A stretch of DNA of 64,000 nt, from IMG/VR virus record IMGVR_UViG_3300032046_000010, positions 1 through 64,000 of that record, one strand, 5' to 3'. The stretch is from a virus. Positions 17,107 to 27,800 of the stretch are shown here, one piece after another. Every line of letters starts with the position of its first letter. The stretch's first letter is position 1. Under the pieces are notes generated by a model. That model searched no databases and had not been told where the DNA came from. It saw only the letters and a list, made by a program, of their open reading frames with translations. Both the position numbers and the translations under genes were made by a program.

Positions 17107-20100
17107 TCCGCCCCTCCCACCACCACGGAGGACACGCCGCCGTCCTTCACCACCGTCCACACGTTGTCGAATGAACCCTTGACATCTGCATCGTGCGACA
17201 CCACGAGGATGGTGCCCTTGGTCTTGCGCAGCTCATCCAGGAGCCACAGCACCCGGGTCTTGCCGGTTGCGTCCAACCCATCGAACACCTCATCCAGGCA
17301 GAGCAGATCCACGTTCGCTCCCTCCCGCTCTGCCACCAGGTCCATCAGGGACAGCTCCACAGCAAGTTCAATCTTGCGCATCTGTCCACCACTGGGAGCC
17401 GTCTCACCGTTGTGCTCGACCTCCGCCGTGATGCTGAACTTGTCCCGCGCCTCGCCGGACTTGGTGTGGCTCACCGTGTCGATGCTGATCTTGATGTCGC
17501 CGTCGCTCAGGGTCTGTAGGTAGGCGTTGGCCCGGTCGTTCAGTGGATCAGCGATGATGTCCATCATCCACGACTGAACGCCGGTCGCCCCGAACCCATC
17601 TGACCAGAACTCGGCCATCAGCTTCTCAGCGTTCAGGACCGACATCTTGGTGCCCAACAGCTTCAGCCCCTTGTCGATGGTCTCCAGTTCCGCCTTAGCC
17701 TCACGGATCAGGGCTGTGTAGGGGTTGACCGCATCCTTGGAACGCCTCGCCTCATCCTGCTTCTGCGCAGCCGAACGTCGAAGGGCATCCGCTTCCGCCT
17801 TGGCGTCTGTAGCCTTGCGCAATGCTGATTTGGATTCCAACAAGTCACTGCGAGCCTGGGCCGCCTTCTGGTCCAACTTGTCCCGCTCGCCGGACTCAGC
17901 GCTCAGTTTCTTGTCGCGCTGCTTCTCCAGTTCCGCGTCCTTGGCCTCGATGTCGGCCAGCTGCCCTCGCAACAACTCCAGCTCATCCTTGAACTCCGTC
18001 TTGTGCTTCGCCGCCTCCCCCTTCGACAAGTCGCTGAAGCAGACAGGACAGATTCCGTTTGTCATCTGCTCCAGCCGCTGAGTGAGCGACTTGATCCCGC
18101 CCCTCAGCAGTCCCTGCTTCCCAGCGCTGACCTTCAGCGCCCGCTCGCAGTCCTCACGGACGGCCGACAACTCCTTGTCCAACTTGGAGCTGGACTCCAT
18201 CAGGTTGGTCAGCGTTTCCTCGATGGACTGAACCCGCTTCTCAGCCCTTCCGGGGTCGGCCTTGATGGCGGCTGCCTCCGCCTCCATCTCGGCAGCTTCA
18301 TCCTGTAGCCGCTTGACCTCAAGCTCGTGGGTGTCCTTCCAGTCAGCGGACAACCCACGTAGCTCCGTCAGCCGGTTGGAGTCCCGTCGCCCCGTCAGCC
18401 CGGCCTCCTGCCGCTGTAGGACATCCAGCTCATCTACGATAGCCCGGCCCGCCTTGGCGCAAGCGTCACGCGCCACATCGAACACTCCCAGTCCTAGCAC
18501 ATCACGCAGGATGGCCTTCCGGGTCGCATCTGTCGCCGCCGGGTCTGCGAACCGCTTGGTGTCGTTCTGCCCAAACAACACCGTGTTGCGGAACGTGTCG
18601 AAGTCCAGGCCCACGATGCGGAGCGCCTCATCCTGTAGCTCGTTGACGCCTCCCGCCAGAGCCTTCCCGCCGCGCTCGATGATCAGCGTTGCGCTGGAAG
18701 ATGTCGGCTTCTCACGGGTGACCTTGACCTGCTCCCCGTCCACGCTGAACGTGAGAGTGACTTTGGCCCCCTTGGAACCCTGTCGTACCAGCGCGTTGCC
18801 TGTCTCATTGCGATAGATGGTCTTGCCGTACAACGCCCATGTGATGGCCTTGAACAGTGTGGTCTTGCCCGCTCCGTTGCTATCTGCTGCCGCGCTGTCC
18901 CGGTTGTCGGCTCGCACTGACACAAGTCCGGCCCGCTTCAGGTCCAGGTCGGCCGACCCGATGGGGCCAAAGTCCTGGATAGTCAGGTGTTCCAGTTCCA
19001 CATGACAACGCTTGCTGGTGACTGTCCGCGACTCCGCGATGGCCTTGTCCAGCACTTCGGTTCCGTATCGCAGCAACGCTTTGCGGTCTGCTCCCTCCGG
19101 CATCGTGAGTGAGTCCAACCAGATGGTCAGGGACTTGCGCAAGTCAGAGCGCCCCTCGGCCATCTCCTTGGAACGCACCTTGGACTCGGTGCGTACGATG
19201 CGCTCATCCGCCACAACCCGCCGGAACCCGGTGTTGGACAACTTCGGGATCAGCCGGTCGCTGAACTTGCGGACGGCGTGCTTGGTACCACGGATGGTGA
19301 CACGCAAGTAGCCCACCGCTTCCGGTAGCCGCTCCGCCAGGTCCTTGATCGAGCCGTCGTCAAACAGGTCCACCTCGATGGTGCGGAACGGGACCGTGAC
19401 CACGGAAGGCAACGGGATAGCCGACAGCTCCAGTGTGTTGCCATCGAGCATCCAAACGCATTTTGTCCCCTCGTCACGGAAGTCGATGGGGAGTGGCGAC
19501 CCCACATACCATCCGCGTTTCACACCTTCCAGCTTCTGTTTGGTGTGGACGTGCCCCGACAGCACCAAGTCGAAGTGCTTGACATCGGATGACAACAGCC
19601 CGTCCTTGAAGGTGTGGCCGTATTCCGCCGCGCCCTTGAAGGTCGTGTGGAGGCAACCTGCCAACCCCTTCCCATTGGCCCGGTCGGCCTCCAGCGTCTT
19701 GCGTAGCTGGGGAACCGGTGCATAGGGGTACAGCCGGATGCGGGAGTCTGGGATGGTGACCGGCTCCGTGGGGACCTTCACGCCCCTGACCGCCTCCAAC
19801 CACTTGTTGGTGAAGTGGATCAGCCGCGCGTCGTGGCTCTCATGGTTCCCGGGAAGCACCCAGATCTGCGTGAACGACTTGGCCAGCCTCCGCATGGTCT
19901 GGCTCGCTGCTGTCAGCGTCACGGCGTCCAACAGCTTCCGGTCGAAGTAGTCACCCAGAATGAGCAACCCTTCTGCGCCGTGCTTCTGTCCCAAAGCAGC
20001 GATGTACTTGGCCATCCGGCGGATGTCCAACATCCGGTCGGTGACGCCGGTGTCCCAGTCCAGAACGCTGTACGGGAGTGCGTTACACCAATGCCAGTCA

Positions 20101-20120
20101 GCCGTGACGATGAACTTCAT
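17103..20120 (-). CDS. fused SbcD(Mre11)-SbcC(Rad50) nuclease-ATPase
   Basis: N-terminal ADWH, GD.FD, GNHE, SGHVH, YVGSP; then SNGAGKTT, CPVC hook, SGGQ, LDEVFDGLD, VSHD, all in one ORF. Confidence 0.9.
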   Translation of the reverse strand: MKFIVTADWHWCNALPYSVLDWDTGVTDRMLDIRRMAKYIAALGQKHGAEGLLILGDYFDRKLLDAVTLTAASQTMRRLAKSFTQIWVLPGNHESHDARLIHFTNKWLEAVRGVKVPTEPVTIPDSRIRLYPYAPVPQLRKTLEADRANGKGLAGCLHTTFKGAAEYGHTFKDGLLSSDVKHFDLVLSGHVHTKQKLEGVKRGWYVGSPLPIDFRDEGTKCVWMLDGNTLELSAIPLPSVVTVPFRTIEVDLFDDGSIKDLAERLPEAVGYLRVTIRGTKHAVRKFSDRLIPKLSNTGFRRVVADERIVRTESKVRSKEMAEGRSDLRKSLTIWLDSLTMPEGADRKALLRYGTEVLDKAIAESRTVTSKRCHVELEHLTIQDFGPIGSADLDLKRAGLVSVRADNRDSAAADSNGAGKTTLFKAITWALYGKTIYRNETGNALVRQGSKGAKVTLTFSVDGEQVKVTREKPTSSSATLIIERGGKALAGGVNELQDEALRIVGLDFDTFRNTVLFGQNDTKRFADPAATDATRKAILRDVLGLGVFDVARDACAKAGRAIVDELDVLQRQEAGLTGRRDSNRLTELRGLSADWKDTHELEVKRLQDEAAEMEAEAAAIKADPGRAEKRVQSIEETLTNLMESSSKLDKELSAVREDCERALKVSAGKQGLLRGGIKSLTQRLEQMTNGICPVCFSDLSKGEAAKHKTEFKDELELLRGQLADIEAKDAELEKQRDKKLSAESGERDKLDQKAAQARSDLLESKSALRKATDAKAEADALRRSAAQKQDEARRSKDAVNPYTALIREAKAELETIDKGLKLLGTKMSVLNAEKLMAEFWSDGFGATGVQSWMMDIIADPLNDRANAYLQTLSDGDIKISIDTVSHTKSGEARDKFSITAEVEHNGETAPSGGQMRKIELAVELSLMDLVAEREGANVDLLCLDEVFDGLDATGKTRVLWLLDELRKTKGTILVVSHDADVKGSFDNVWTVVKDGGVSSVVVGGAE

Positions 20121-20542
20121 CAACCAACCTCGAATGGCGCTGGCTCTGGAACGCCGACCAACGTCACCACAGCATGAGTCGCATTGGACACGATGGACGG
20201 TGTCAAACGCCAAGTATGCGGCCCCACACAATCCAAACCCCAAGCTTGCGGGGCCTGTTCGCCTTCCTTGGGCGGCAGCGGCAATCCTACGCGCACAGGA
20301 AGCGTCAACACTTCCTTCGATGCGAGGCGCAAAATCAACTCGATGCCACGCATCCTCGACCGAACGAACCCGACAAGGTCTCCAGGACGCTCGTCAGTCA
20401 ACACGCCATCTGACCATTGCGCGAACATCGCGTCTCCCACCACCCCGATACCGCGTGCCATTTCAGCGATCTGTTCATCGCTGATGAACAATGCCCCGTG
20501 TTGACCGCAACGTGAACAACACACATCTATCTCTGCTGGCAT
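20120..20542 (-). CDS. hypothetical protein
   Basis: TGATG coupling to sbcD-sbcC; CSRC; WRLTPSI. Confidence 0.6.
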   Translation of the reverse strand: MPAEIDVCCSRCGQHGALFISDEQIAEMARGIGVVGDAMFAQWSDGVLTDERPGDLVGFVRSRMRGIELILRLASKEVLTLPVRVGLPLPPKEGEQAPQAWGLDCVGPHTWRLTPSIVSNATHAVVTLVGVPEPAPFEVG

Positions 20543-20546
20543 CTGT

Positions 20547-21623
20547 TCACGCCTTCCGCACGGCCTTGCGGATGATCTTCATCAGTTCCGGCCGGGCCTT
20601 CACGACATCACGGAAAGCATCAGCGCCCTGCCACTTGACCTCCGCCTCGCCCTCCGGTGTGAAGCTGTACCATGCTCCTGCCCGCACGATGACCTGGGTT
20701 TCCTCCGCCCGCTTGTGGAGGCACCACAGCTTGTCGATGCCACGCTTGAAGTCGATGCGGATCATGGACTCACGGAACGGCGGGGCAATCTGGTTCTTGA
20801 TCGCCTTGACGGCGAAGTCGCAACCCACCACTCCCATCTCGCTGTCTGGGATGCCGTCTGGATACAGCTTCCGAAGCTCCGACAGCTTCTTGCCGCCAGA
20901 CATCACCTTGCCAAACTGTTCGAACGTGAGGATGAGGCAACTGTAGAACTTGACTGGGTTCCCGCCGGAGATGGTGTAGCCAGCATTCATCTTTTCACGG
21001 ATCTGGCTGATGAGCATGAAGGTCGCCCCGCTCCGCTCCAGGTGGGGCATCAACTTCGGTATGCTGGTGGCCAGAACACGAGGCTGGGGGCCGTAGGTCG
21101 GCTGGTCCTCATAGCCAGCATCCATCTGCCCCTTGGTCAACCCGGCCGTGATGGAGTCCAGGACGATGAGCAACGGCACCGCCGGGTCCGTCTTGGTGAC
21201 TGCTTCCTCGATGGTGTGGAACGCCCGCTCCAGATGAAGTGGGTTGGACGTGATGAGGTGTTCGAGGTCAACACCGTTCTTGACAGCCCAATCCAGGTCC
21301 AGCTTGTGCTCTGCGTCGATGTACAGGCCAATGCCGCCGCGCTTCTGGAACGCCGCGACTGTGGCCAGAGCCGCTGTGGTCTTGCCTCCGCCTTCCTTGC
21401 CGCTGAAGGTGACCATCCTCGACCGTGGCAGACCTCCCCGCCCGATCACGCCGTCCAGCGTCTCAATCCCGGTCGGGATGGTGACGATGTGCTGACCATC
21501 GGTAGCTCGGCGCAGGTTGGAGCCGTCGCTGATCTGCTTGTCCTCGCGCAGAGCCGTCAAGAGGTCATCGGACGAAGTGATGCCCGCGTTAGCAGTCTTA
21601 GCAGGCTTTGAGATGGTCTTCAT
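20547..21623 (-). CDS. recA: RecA/UvsX-like recombinase
   Basis: IPTGIETLD..IGRGGLP, GKEGGGKTT, YIDAEH, ISQIREK, SGGNPVKFY, KNQIAPPF. Confidence 0.93.
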   Translation of the reverse strand: MKTISKPAKTANAGITSSDDLLTALREDKQISDGSNLRRATDGQHIVTIPTGIETLDGVIGRGGLPRSRMVTFSGKEGGGKTTAALATVAAFQKRGGIGLYIDAEHKLDLDWAVKNGVDLEHLITSNPLHLERAFHTIEEAVTKTDPAVPLLIVLDSITAGLTKGQMDAGYEDQPTYGPQPRVLATSIPKLMPHLERSGATFMLISQIREKMNAGYTISGGNPVKFYSCLILTFEQFGKVMSGGKKLSELRKLYPDGIPDSEMGVVGCDFAVKAIKNQIAPPFRESMIRIDFKRGIDKLWCLHKRAEETQVIVRAGAWYSFTPEGEAEVKWQGADAFRDVVKARPELMKIIRKAVRKA

Positions 21624-22599
21624 ACAGTGGCCCCACAACGTCCGCGCCGTGGTTAGGCAGCATACGCCTGCCTCCATCGATGACGGACTTGAAACTGTCC
21701 GTGGACTTCAGCGTCTTGGCCAGTTCCTCCGGCCCATCCACAAACAGAGCATGTTCACCGTGTTTGAGGATGTTGAACGCCGGATCGGAGCAGAGCCACC
21801 CCTTGGCGTTGACCAGGATGGCACCTGCGTCCCACGACTCCAGCGTGGTGTACTGTGGCGCTCCGCCGTCGCCCCTCGCCACGGAGGTCATGTCCACTGA
21901 GAACCGGGCGGCACGGGCGCAGTCAAACCCGCCGTTGGGAGACTTGAACACGCCCATGTAGTCTTGCCGCCAACTGGGAAACTTCGGGTCCAGGTCGTTG
22001 TAGGTGTACACGTTGCTGATCTGGCCCCAGGACTTGATCCGCTTCCCCGGAGGCAACAACAGGTTCGCCGCCGCGATGACCTCCGGGTGCTTGCTCCACT
22101 CGATGCGTGTCATACAGACGGCGTGATACACGATGGACCGCACCGTCGTCGGCTCCGCCGGAGTGTACGGCAGCGGTATGTACACTGACTTGAACCCCTG
22201 CTGCTGGAGCTGGTGTACCAGCACCGGCTTGACGGCGATGATGCGACAGCCAGAGTCCTTGAACACCTTGTAGTTGCCTTTGTGAAGGTCGGTTGGGTCG
22301 TGGACGATCATGGTCGCACCGTTGAGCAACAGTTGTTCCTGGGCTTCCTTGAACTGCCTGTGGTACAGCGTTGCGACGATGCTGGGACCGTCCTTCATCG
22401 CTGTGATGGCGTCCTCCAGCGACAGGTTCCGGTAGGACACGCCGTGAGGGTACTGGCGCAGGCGAGGCTCCGACCGCTTGCGGACTGCGTACACGTTGAC
22501 CTTGTGACCACGATGCTTCAGGACCTTGGTCAACTGGTGCGTGTAGGTCATCGTGCCGCCGACCGGCGGATTGGCGAGCAGATACAGGTTGATGATCAT
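21598..22599 (-). CDS. GT-B-fold glycosyltransferase, candidate DNA glycosyltransferase
   Basis: GGTMTYTHQLTKVLKHRGHKVNVY N-terminus; QYTTLESWDAGAILV donor-binding segment. Confidence 0.75.
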   Translation of the reverse strand: MIINLYLLANPPVGGTMTYTHQLTKVLKHRGHKVNVYAVRKRSEPRLRQYPHGVSYRNLSLEDAITAMKDGPSIVATLYHRQFKEAQEQLLLNGATMIVHDPTDLHKGNYKVFKDSGCRIIAVKPVLVHQLQQQGFKSVYIPLPYTPAEPTTVRSIVYHAVCMTRIEWSKHPEVIAAANLLLPPGKRIKSWGQISNVYTYNDLDPKFPSWRQDYMGVFKSPNGGFDCARAARFSVDMTSVARGDGGAPQYTTLESWDAGAILVNAKGWLCSDPAFNILKHGEHALFVDGPEELAKTLKSTDSFKSVIDGGRRMLPNHGADVVGPLYEDHLKAC

Positions 22600-22628
22600 C
22601 GGTCGGAGCCTCCCTGCGCGGTGGACTG

Positions 22629-23963
22629 CTACTTGGCCTTGCCCTTGTCCTTGGCCCGGGCCTTGAGCTTGGCCTCCAGTTCCTTCAGCGCCGCCTCATC
22701 ATCATCGTCGGCGGCAGCGGCTTCCGGCTCCGCCTCCGTGGCGCTGTCGTCCTGGACCTCGACCGTGACCGGCTCAACCTCCGCGTCCATCTTGACCCGG
22801 AAGATGTCGTCATCGTCCTCCACGTTGGTGAACAGGGCCCACTTGCCGGCCTTGCCGCTGAAGGTGCCGACCTTGGTGGAGCCGTCCTCCATCGTGGCTT
22901 CGTAGGTTTCGCCCTCCTGGCAGTCGCCCGCCTTCACCTTGTCGCTCGCCGCTTCCGGCTCCGCCTCCGGTTCCGGCGGAGGCGTGGGCTTTGCCACCGG
23001 CTTGTTGGCGGGCTTGGCGGGCTTGGACTCCGGCTTGGGGGTCGGCTTCGCGGCCGCAGCCGGTGTGGGCTTCGCGTCCTGGGGACGCTTCGCCGCGCTC
23101 GCCGCCCGGCACTGCTTCGTGTTCGGGCACTTGGCGCACTCCTTGGAATCGTCCCAGTCCACTCCGAAGCAGGCAGGCTTGGTGGGCTTGTCTTCCTCGC
23201 CCTTGCCCTCCAGTTCCATCCCGCCCCAGTCGGCGGCCATGGTGGTCGCGTCCTTGGTCATCGCCGCGACGATACGCAACAGGTCGCCCTTCCCGCCGTC
23301 CGCCAGCGCCTCCCGCAAAGCCGTCTTGGTCGCCTTGTCGAGCACCAGCGGCTTCTTGACGGTGGCCATGTCGGCGGTCACCTTGTAGCGGGTTTTCTGG
23401 CCGGTGCCCTCCCGGTTGATCTGGATGAGCACGGCGCTGTTCGGGTCGGTGACGTCGCCCAGCTCACCGATCACGGAGCAGATGCCGTCCCACACGGTGT
23501 ACGAGCACATGTAGGGGCGCAAGCCCTCGCCCAGTTCCACCCACGGCGAACCCTGCTTCTTGCGGAACCGCATCGGGATGATGTTGAACAGGTAGTTGGT
23601 GCGCCGCTTGACCTCGTCGGCCACCTTCTTGTCCAGCCCGTCCATCGCCTCGCAGATGGGACAGTGCCCCAGGTCATCGGTGTCGCGTTCCATCTCCCGC
23701 AGACGGTCCAGGAACGGGTCCAGCGTCAGCAGGGCGTTCTCGCCCTTGTCCAAACAGAGCGCCGAACCCTTGGCCGAACCCTGGGCCTTGGCGTTGAAGT
23801 GGAAGGTGCTGGCCACGTAGGGGAACCCCTCCACACCCGGCGGGCACGGGGCCACGTACACGAGGGTGTCGCCCTCATCCGGGGTCCAGAACTCACCCCG
23901 CTTCTTGGCCTCGCGGTCCTTGGCAACCGCATCCTTGTTGATCCCGCGAAACTCGTCACTCAT
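22629..23963 (-). CDS. single-stranded DNA-binding protein (gp32-like) with extended C-terminus
   Basis: CPICE, YLFNII, DVTDP..INREGTGQKTRYKV; lies between UvsY-like and RecA. Confidence 0.75.
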   Translation of the reverse strand: MSDEFRGINKDAVAKDREAKKRGEFWTPDEGDTLVYVAPCPPGVEGFPYVASTFHFNAKAQGSAKGSALCLDKGENALLTLDPFLDRLREMERDTDDLGHCPICEAMDGLDKKVADEVKRRTNYLFNIIPMRFRKKQGSPWVELGEGLRPYMCSYTVWDGICSVIGELGDVTDPNSAVLIQINREGTGQKTRYKVTADMATVKKPLVLDKATKTALREALADGGKGDLLRIVAAMTKDATTMAADWGGMELEGKGEEDKPTKPACFGVDWDDSKECAKCPNTKQCRAASAAKRPQDAKPTPAAAAKPTPKPESKPAKPANKPVAKPTPPPEPEAEPEAASDKVKAGDCQEGETYEATMEDGSTKVGTFSGKAGKWALFTNVEDDDDIFRVKMDAEVEPVTVEVQDDSATEAEPEAAAADDDDEAALKELEAKLKARAKDKGKAK

Positions 23964-24501
23964 CTCCGTCATCCTCCTGCGCAGAGTCCTTCACCCCGCG
24001 CTTCATGGCAGCCCTCACCTTGGCATCGTTGTCCTGGCGCTTGCCGCCGTCCTTGCTGAACACTGGGTCCAGGTCAGTTGATGCGTCCAACTCCGCTCGC
24101 CGGTCGGCACGGAGGGTCCGCAACATGTCCATCTTCTTGTCGTAGCCTTGCGCCGCCGCATCCGCGATGTCCGCTGCTTTCTGGAAGTCTGCGATGCGTC
24201 GCTTGTACAGGCTGAAGTCATCGGTGTCGGTGACCAAGTTGTCGCGCTTCCCCTCCGACAACTTGGGGTCCTTTGCTAGCAAGCTGTTCGCTTCCCTTGC
24301 GCGCCAACGCCTGTAGTCCCGGTCGGCCAAGGATACCTTCCGCCGCGCCCGCGCCGCAACGATGAGCCACCACGCGAACTTGGCAGCCGCTTGCTTGAGG
24401 TCTGGATCGTCACGGCCGGTGATGATGAGATCGGCCGGGTTGAACGTGTACACGTCCGTCCCAAGCTTGATCTCCTGTACGTTGTCGAGCTGGGACGGCA
24501 T
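23956..24501 (-). CDS. UvsY-like recombination mediator
   Basis: Helical protein ending KKMDMLRTL...RRAEL, next to SSB. Confidence 0.6.
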   Translation of the reverse strand: MPSQLDNVQEIKLGTDVYTFNPADLIITGRDDPDLKQAAAKFAWWLIVAARARRKVSLADRDYRRWRAREANSLLAKDPKLSEGKRDNLVTDTDDFSLYKRRIADFQKAADIADAAAQGYDKKMDMLRTLRADRRAELDASTDLDPVFSKDGGKRQDNDAKVRAAMKRGVKDSAQEDDGDE

Positions 24502-24809
24502 CAGTTGCCCCCGCGCTTGGTACCCTTGGCCGCCCCCTTCGGCTTGTCGTCCACCAACTCGTGCCGGGCCTGAGCGGAGGCATGGAAGGCCAGACGCTCA
24601 TACGCCGGGACCTGGGCCGTGCCGGTCGCCAGGACGCTGCTGGTGATGGTGCGGGGCTTGGACCGCTTGACCTTGAAGGTCCCGAACCCCTTGATGATGA
24701 CCGACTCGCCCGCGAAGCATCTGGCCAAGATGGCGTTGAAGATCTCAGCCGCCTCCTCATCCTTCAGCCCCGCCTGCCTCGCAACCTCGTGGATTCCTGC
24801 CATCTTCAT
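24501..24809 (-). CDS. HU/IHF-family DNA-binding protein
   Basis: GESVIIKGFGTFKV...VPA...F.AS. Confidence 0.88.
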   Translation of the reverse strand: MKMAGIHEVARQAGLKDEEAAEIFNAILARCFAGESVIIKGFGTFKVKRSKPRTITSSVLATGTAQVPAYERLAFHASAQARHELVDDKPKGAAKGTKRGGN

Positions 24810-24839
24810 ACTCCCTTCTGTTTGCGCGTGACTCCCGTG

Positions 24840-27800
24840 TCACGCTATCCTAGCGCGTGCCTCCAGAACCTTCAGCCGCTCTGCGTCCCTTGACTCCAGT
24901 GTGAATGCATCCCCGTTGTTCGTCGCCCGAACCTCGATGATGTCTCCCACGTTGAACTTCCCCTTGAACGATGGCCAGGATGACCCAAAGCAGATGAGGT
25001 CGATGTAGCCCTTGTATCCCAGCAACCCCATGAAACACATCTCGCTCATCCGCTTGTCGAGCCGGATGTTCATGTGGGTTACAATGCCCACCGCCTTGAA
25101 TCCGCTCTTGGCGTTGCTCGCCGTCTGTTCGATGTCATCCTTGGAGTGCTGCTTGACAGGGTGCCGCCCCTTCAACAACGCCCGTTCAAACACGTCCAAC
25201 GGCTCCCCCGCATCGAGCCTCCGGCGAAGCAAATCCAAGTCTACCATGAAGTGGATCCTGATGGAGTGCCACTTGGCGTCGATGGTAGCGTGGAAAGCAA
25301 CGGGAGTCCCGATGCCCCTGTCGATGATCGGTCTATGCTCATCGAACGTGTCAACGTCAATCTTGGCCCTGTTGTTCTTGCCGCTGATGTCCTCCACGTT
25401 GATGTTGGCGTACCTAGCGCCCCAACGCATCTTCAGTTTGGTTTCCTCGCTGGGAGCCTCGCCGGTATGGAAGTCGCCAATCTGGTTGTACTTGATCTCA
25501 ACCAGGATGCCGTGTAGGAACCCATGCGGACGCGAGTACAGATCCTCATCATCCATCCGCTCCCACTTCACGTTCATCCTGTCGTTCAACAGTTCTTGGT
25601 AGGGAACAAGCGGATGCTTACCACTGGCAAGGGGGCAGACCTCTGCGGCCGTCCACACAGCGTCCTGTTCGCTGTGCTGAGGTTCCTTCCTCGACCGCAA
25701 CAACATCTCCGCCACATCGACATCGCCGCTAGACTTGGCCAGCGCCTTCCAGACATCCTCGATGTGCTCCACGAACCACTTGCGGTTGGGGAACAGCTGA
25801 TCCAGAGCGCCAGAGCGGGCAAGCGCCAACACCACTCCCTTGTGGACCTTCCGCCGGTCCACGCGGCCAATGAAGTCGATGAACGACTTGAACGGTTGTA
25901 CCGCCTCGATGCTCTGCGCCGCTATCCCGCCACACCCCTTCACATCCACGAGCGAACCCAGGATGTCGGGTCCGTCGATGATGTAGCTGGCCTTGCTGCG
26001 GTTGATGTCCGGCAGCTTGACCTTGATGCCCAGCCGGTCGGCTTCCTTGACGTACCTACGGATGGCTTGTTCGTCCGGCTCGCAAGACAACAGCGCCCAC
26101 ATGAACTCGATGGGATAGTACGTCTTGAGGAACATCTCACGATAGCTGATGAGCCCGTAAGCAGTGGAGTGCGACTTGTTGAATCCGTATGAACCAAACA
26201 TCGTGATCTGGTCCATCAGCTTCGCAGCCAACACCGGATCATGCCCCCTCGCCGCCGCTCCCTTGATGAAGTTTTCGCGCTCCTTGCCAAGTGCCGCATC
26301 GCCCCACTTCTTGGCGATCTTCTTGCGCAAGCTGTCGGCGGTCCCGGGAGCGAAGCCAGCGAAGTCGGTGAACATCTTGATGACATGCTCTTGGTACACA
26401 ATGACGCCGTAGGTGTCGGAGCAGATCTGGTCCACCAGCGGGTGGATGGTCTTGATCTTGCTAGGGTCCTTTTTGCGCTTCAGATACTCTGCCGCCAGAC
26501 CGCTCCGCGCCGTTCCCGGCCGGTCCAAGGCGATCATCGCGGCCACGTCCTCAAAGCTGGTGAACTGTACGCCCTCGGTGATCTTGTCTGCGCTGGGGGT
26601 ATCGTACTGGAACACGCCCGCGTAAGCATGAGCAGTGAAGTTGGCCAGCACATTCAGGTCGTGAAGGTCGATGCGGTCCCAGTTGATCTCGACCCCATGC
26701 CGTTCCTTCACAGCCTTGAGACAACGCTTCATGACGGTCAGGTTGCGCAACCCCAACACGTCCATCTTCACCAGGCCGACTCCCTGGACGCCGTACATCT
26801 CAAAGCCAGTGATGATCTCCTGCTTCCCGGCCGACTCCCTCATCTCCATTGGGATGATGTCTACCAGCGGAACCGGCGAGACCACGAAGCCCGCCGCGTG
26901 CTTGCCCAATCCCCTGACGTGGCTCTCCAGAACGCGCGCATGCTCCAGGACCTCCGGGTGGCGCTCATTGAACTTGCGGCACACCTCAAAGTCCTTGAAG
27001 CTATCCTCGATGGTCTGGCTGGCCCGCTCGTCACCACTCGACCGCTCGATCACGCTGCTGGTAACCTCGTCAACCTCCGACATCGGTATCTGGAGCACCC
27101 GTGAGATGTCCTTGATGCATTGCTTCCCCTTGAGCGTCATCAGGGTGCTGATCTGGGCTGTCTTGTCCTCCCCGTAGCGGTGTCGCAGGTATGTGAACAC
27201 CTCTTCACGGCGCTCATCCTCAAAGTCCATGTCGATGTCGGGCAGGTCGATGCGGTCTGGGTTGAGGAACCGCTCGAAAATGAGACCGTGTTCGATGGGG
27301 TCGGTGTCCGTGATGTTGAGCAGGTAGCTGACGAAGCACCCGCCCGCGCTCCCCCTCCCGGGTCCACACTCAATGTGAGCATCGTTCTTGGCCCAACGGT
27401 ACAGGTCCCAGACCACCAGGAAGTAGCGCACCACGTTCTGCTTCTTGATGGCCTTCAACTCATGTCGGAGCCGCGCGATGTACTGCTCATGAAGCTCGCT
27501 GGAAGTGATACCGCGCCGGACGGCCAACTCATCGATGCGTCGCGGCATCTCCCGCGACTCCCAACCCACCCAACACAGGTGCATCATGTACTTGAACTCA
27601 TCGTTGTCGAAGTGTTTGGGGATGTCGATGGCCGGGACCAGCGCCTTGAAACGGTCCACTTCAAAGCTGGCCTGGCACTTCTCAGCAATCTCCAGCGTGT
27701 TCAACATTGCCCGCCGGACCTCCGGCTCAGGCATGTAGGGGTGGGAGCGCCGGAACGCATCCAACATCTCATCCCACGTCTTGAGCCAGAAGTCCTGGAC

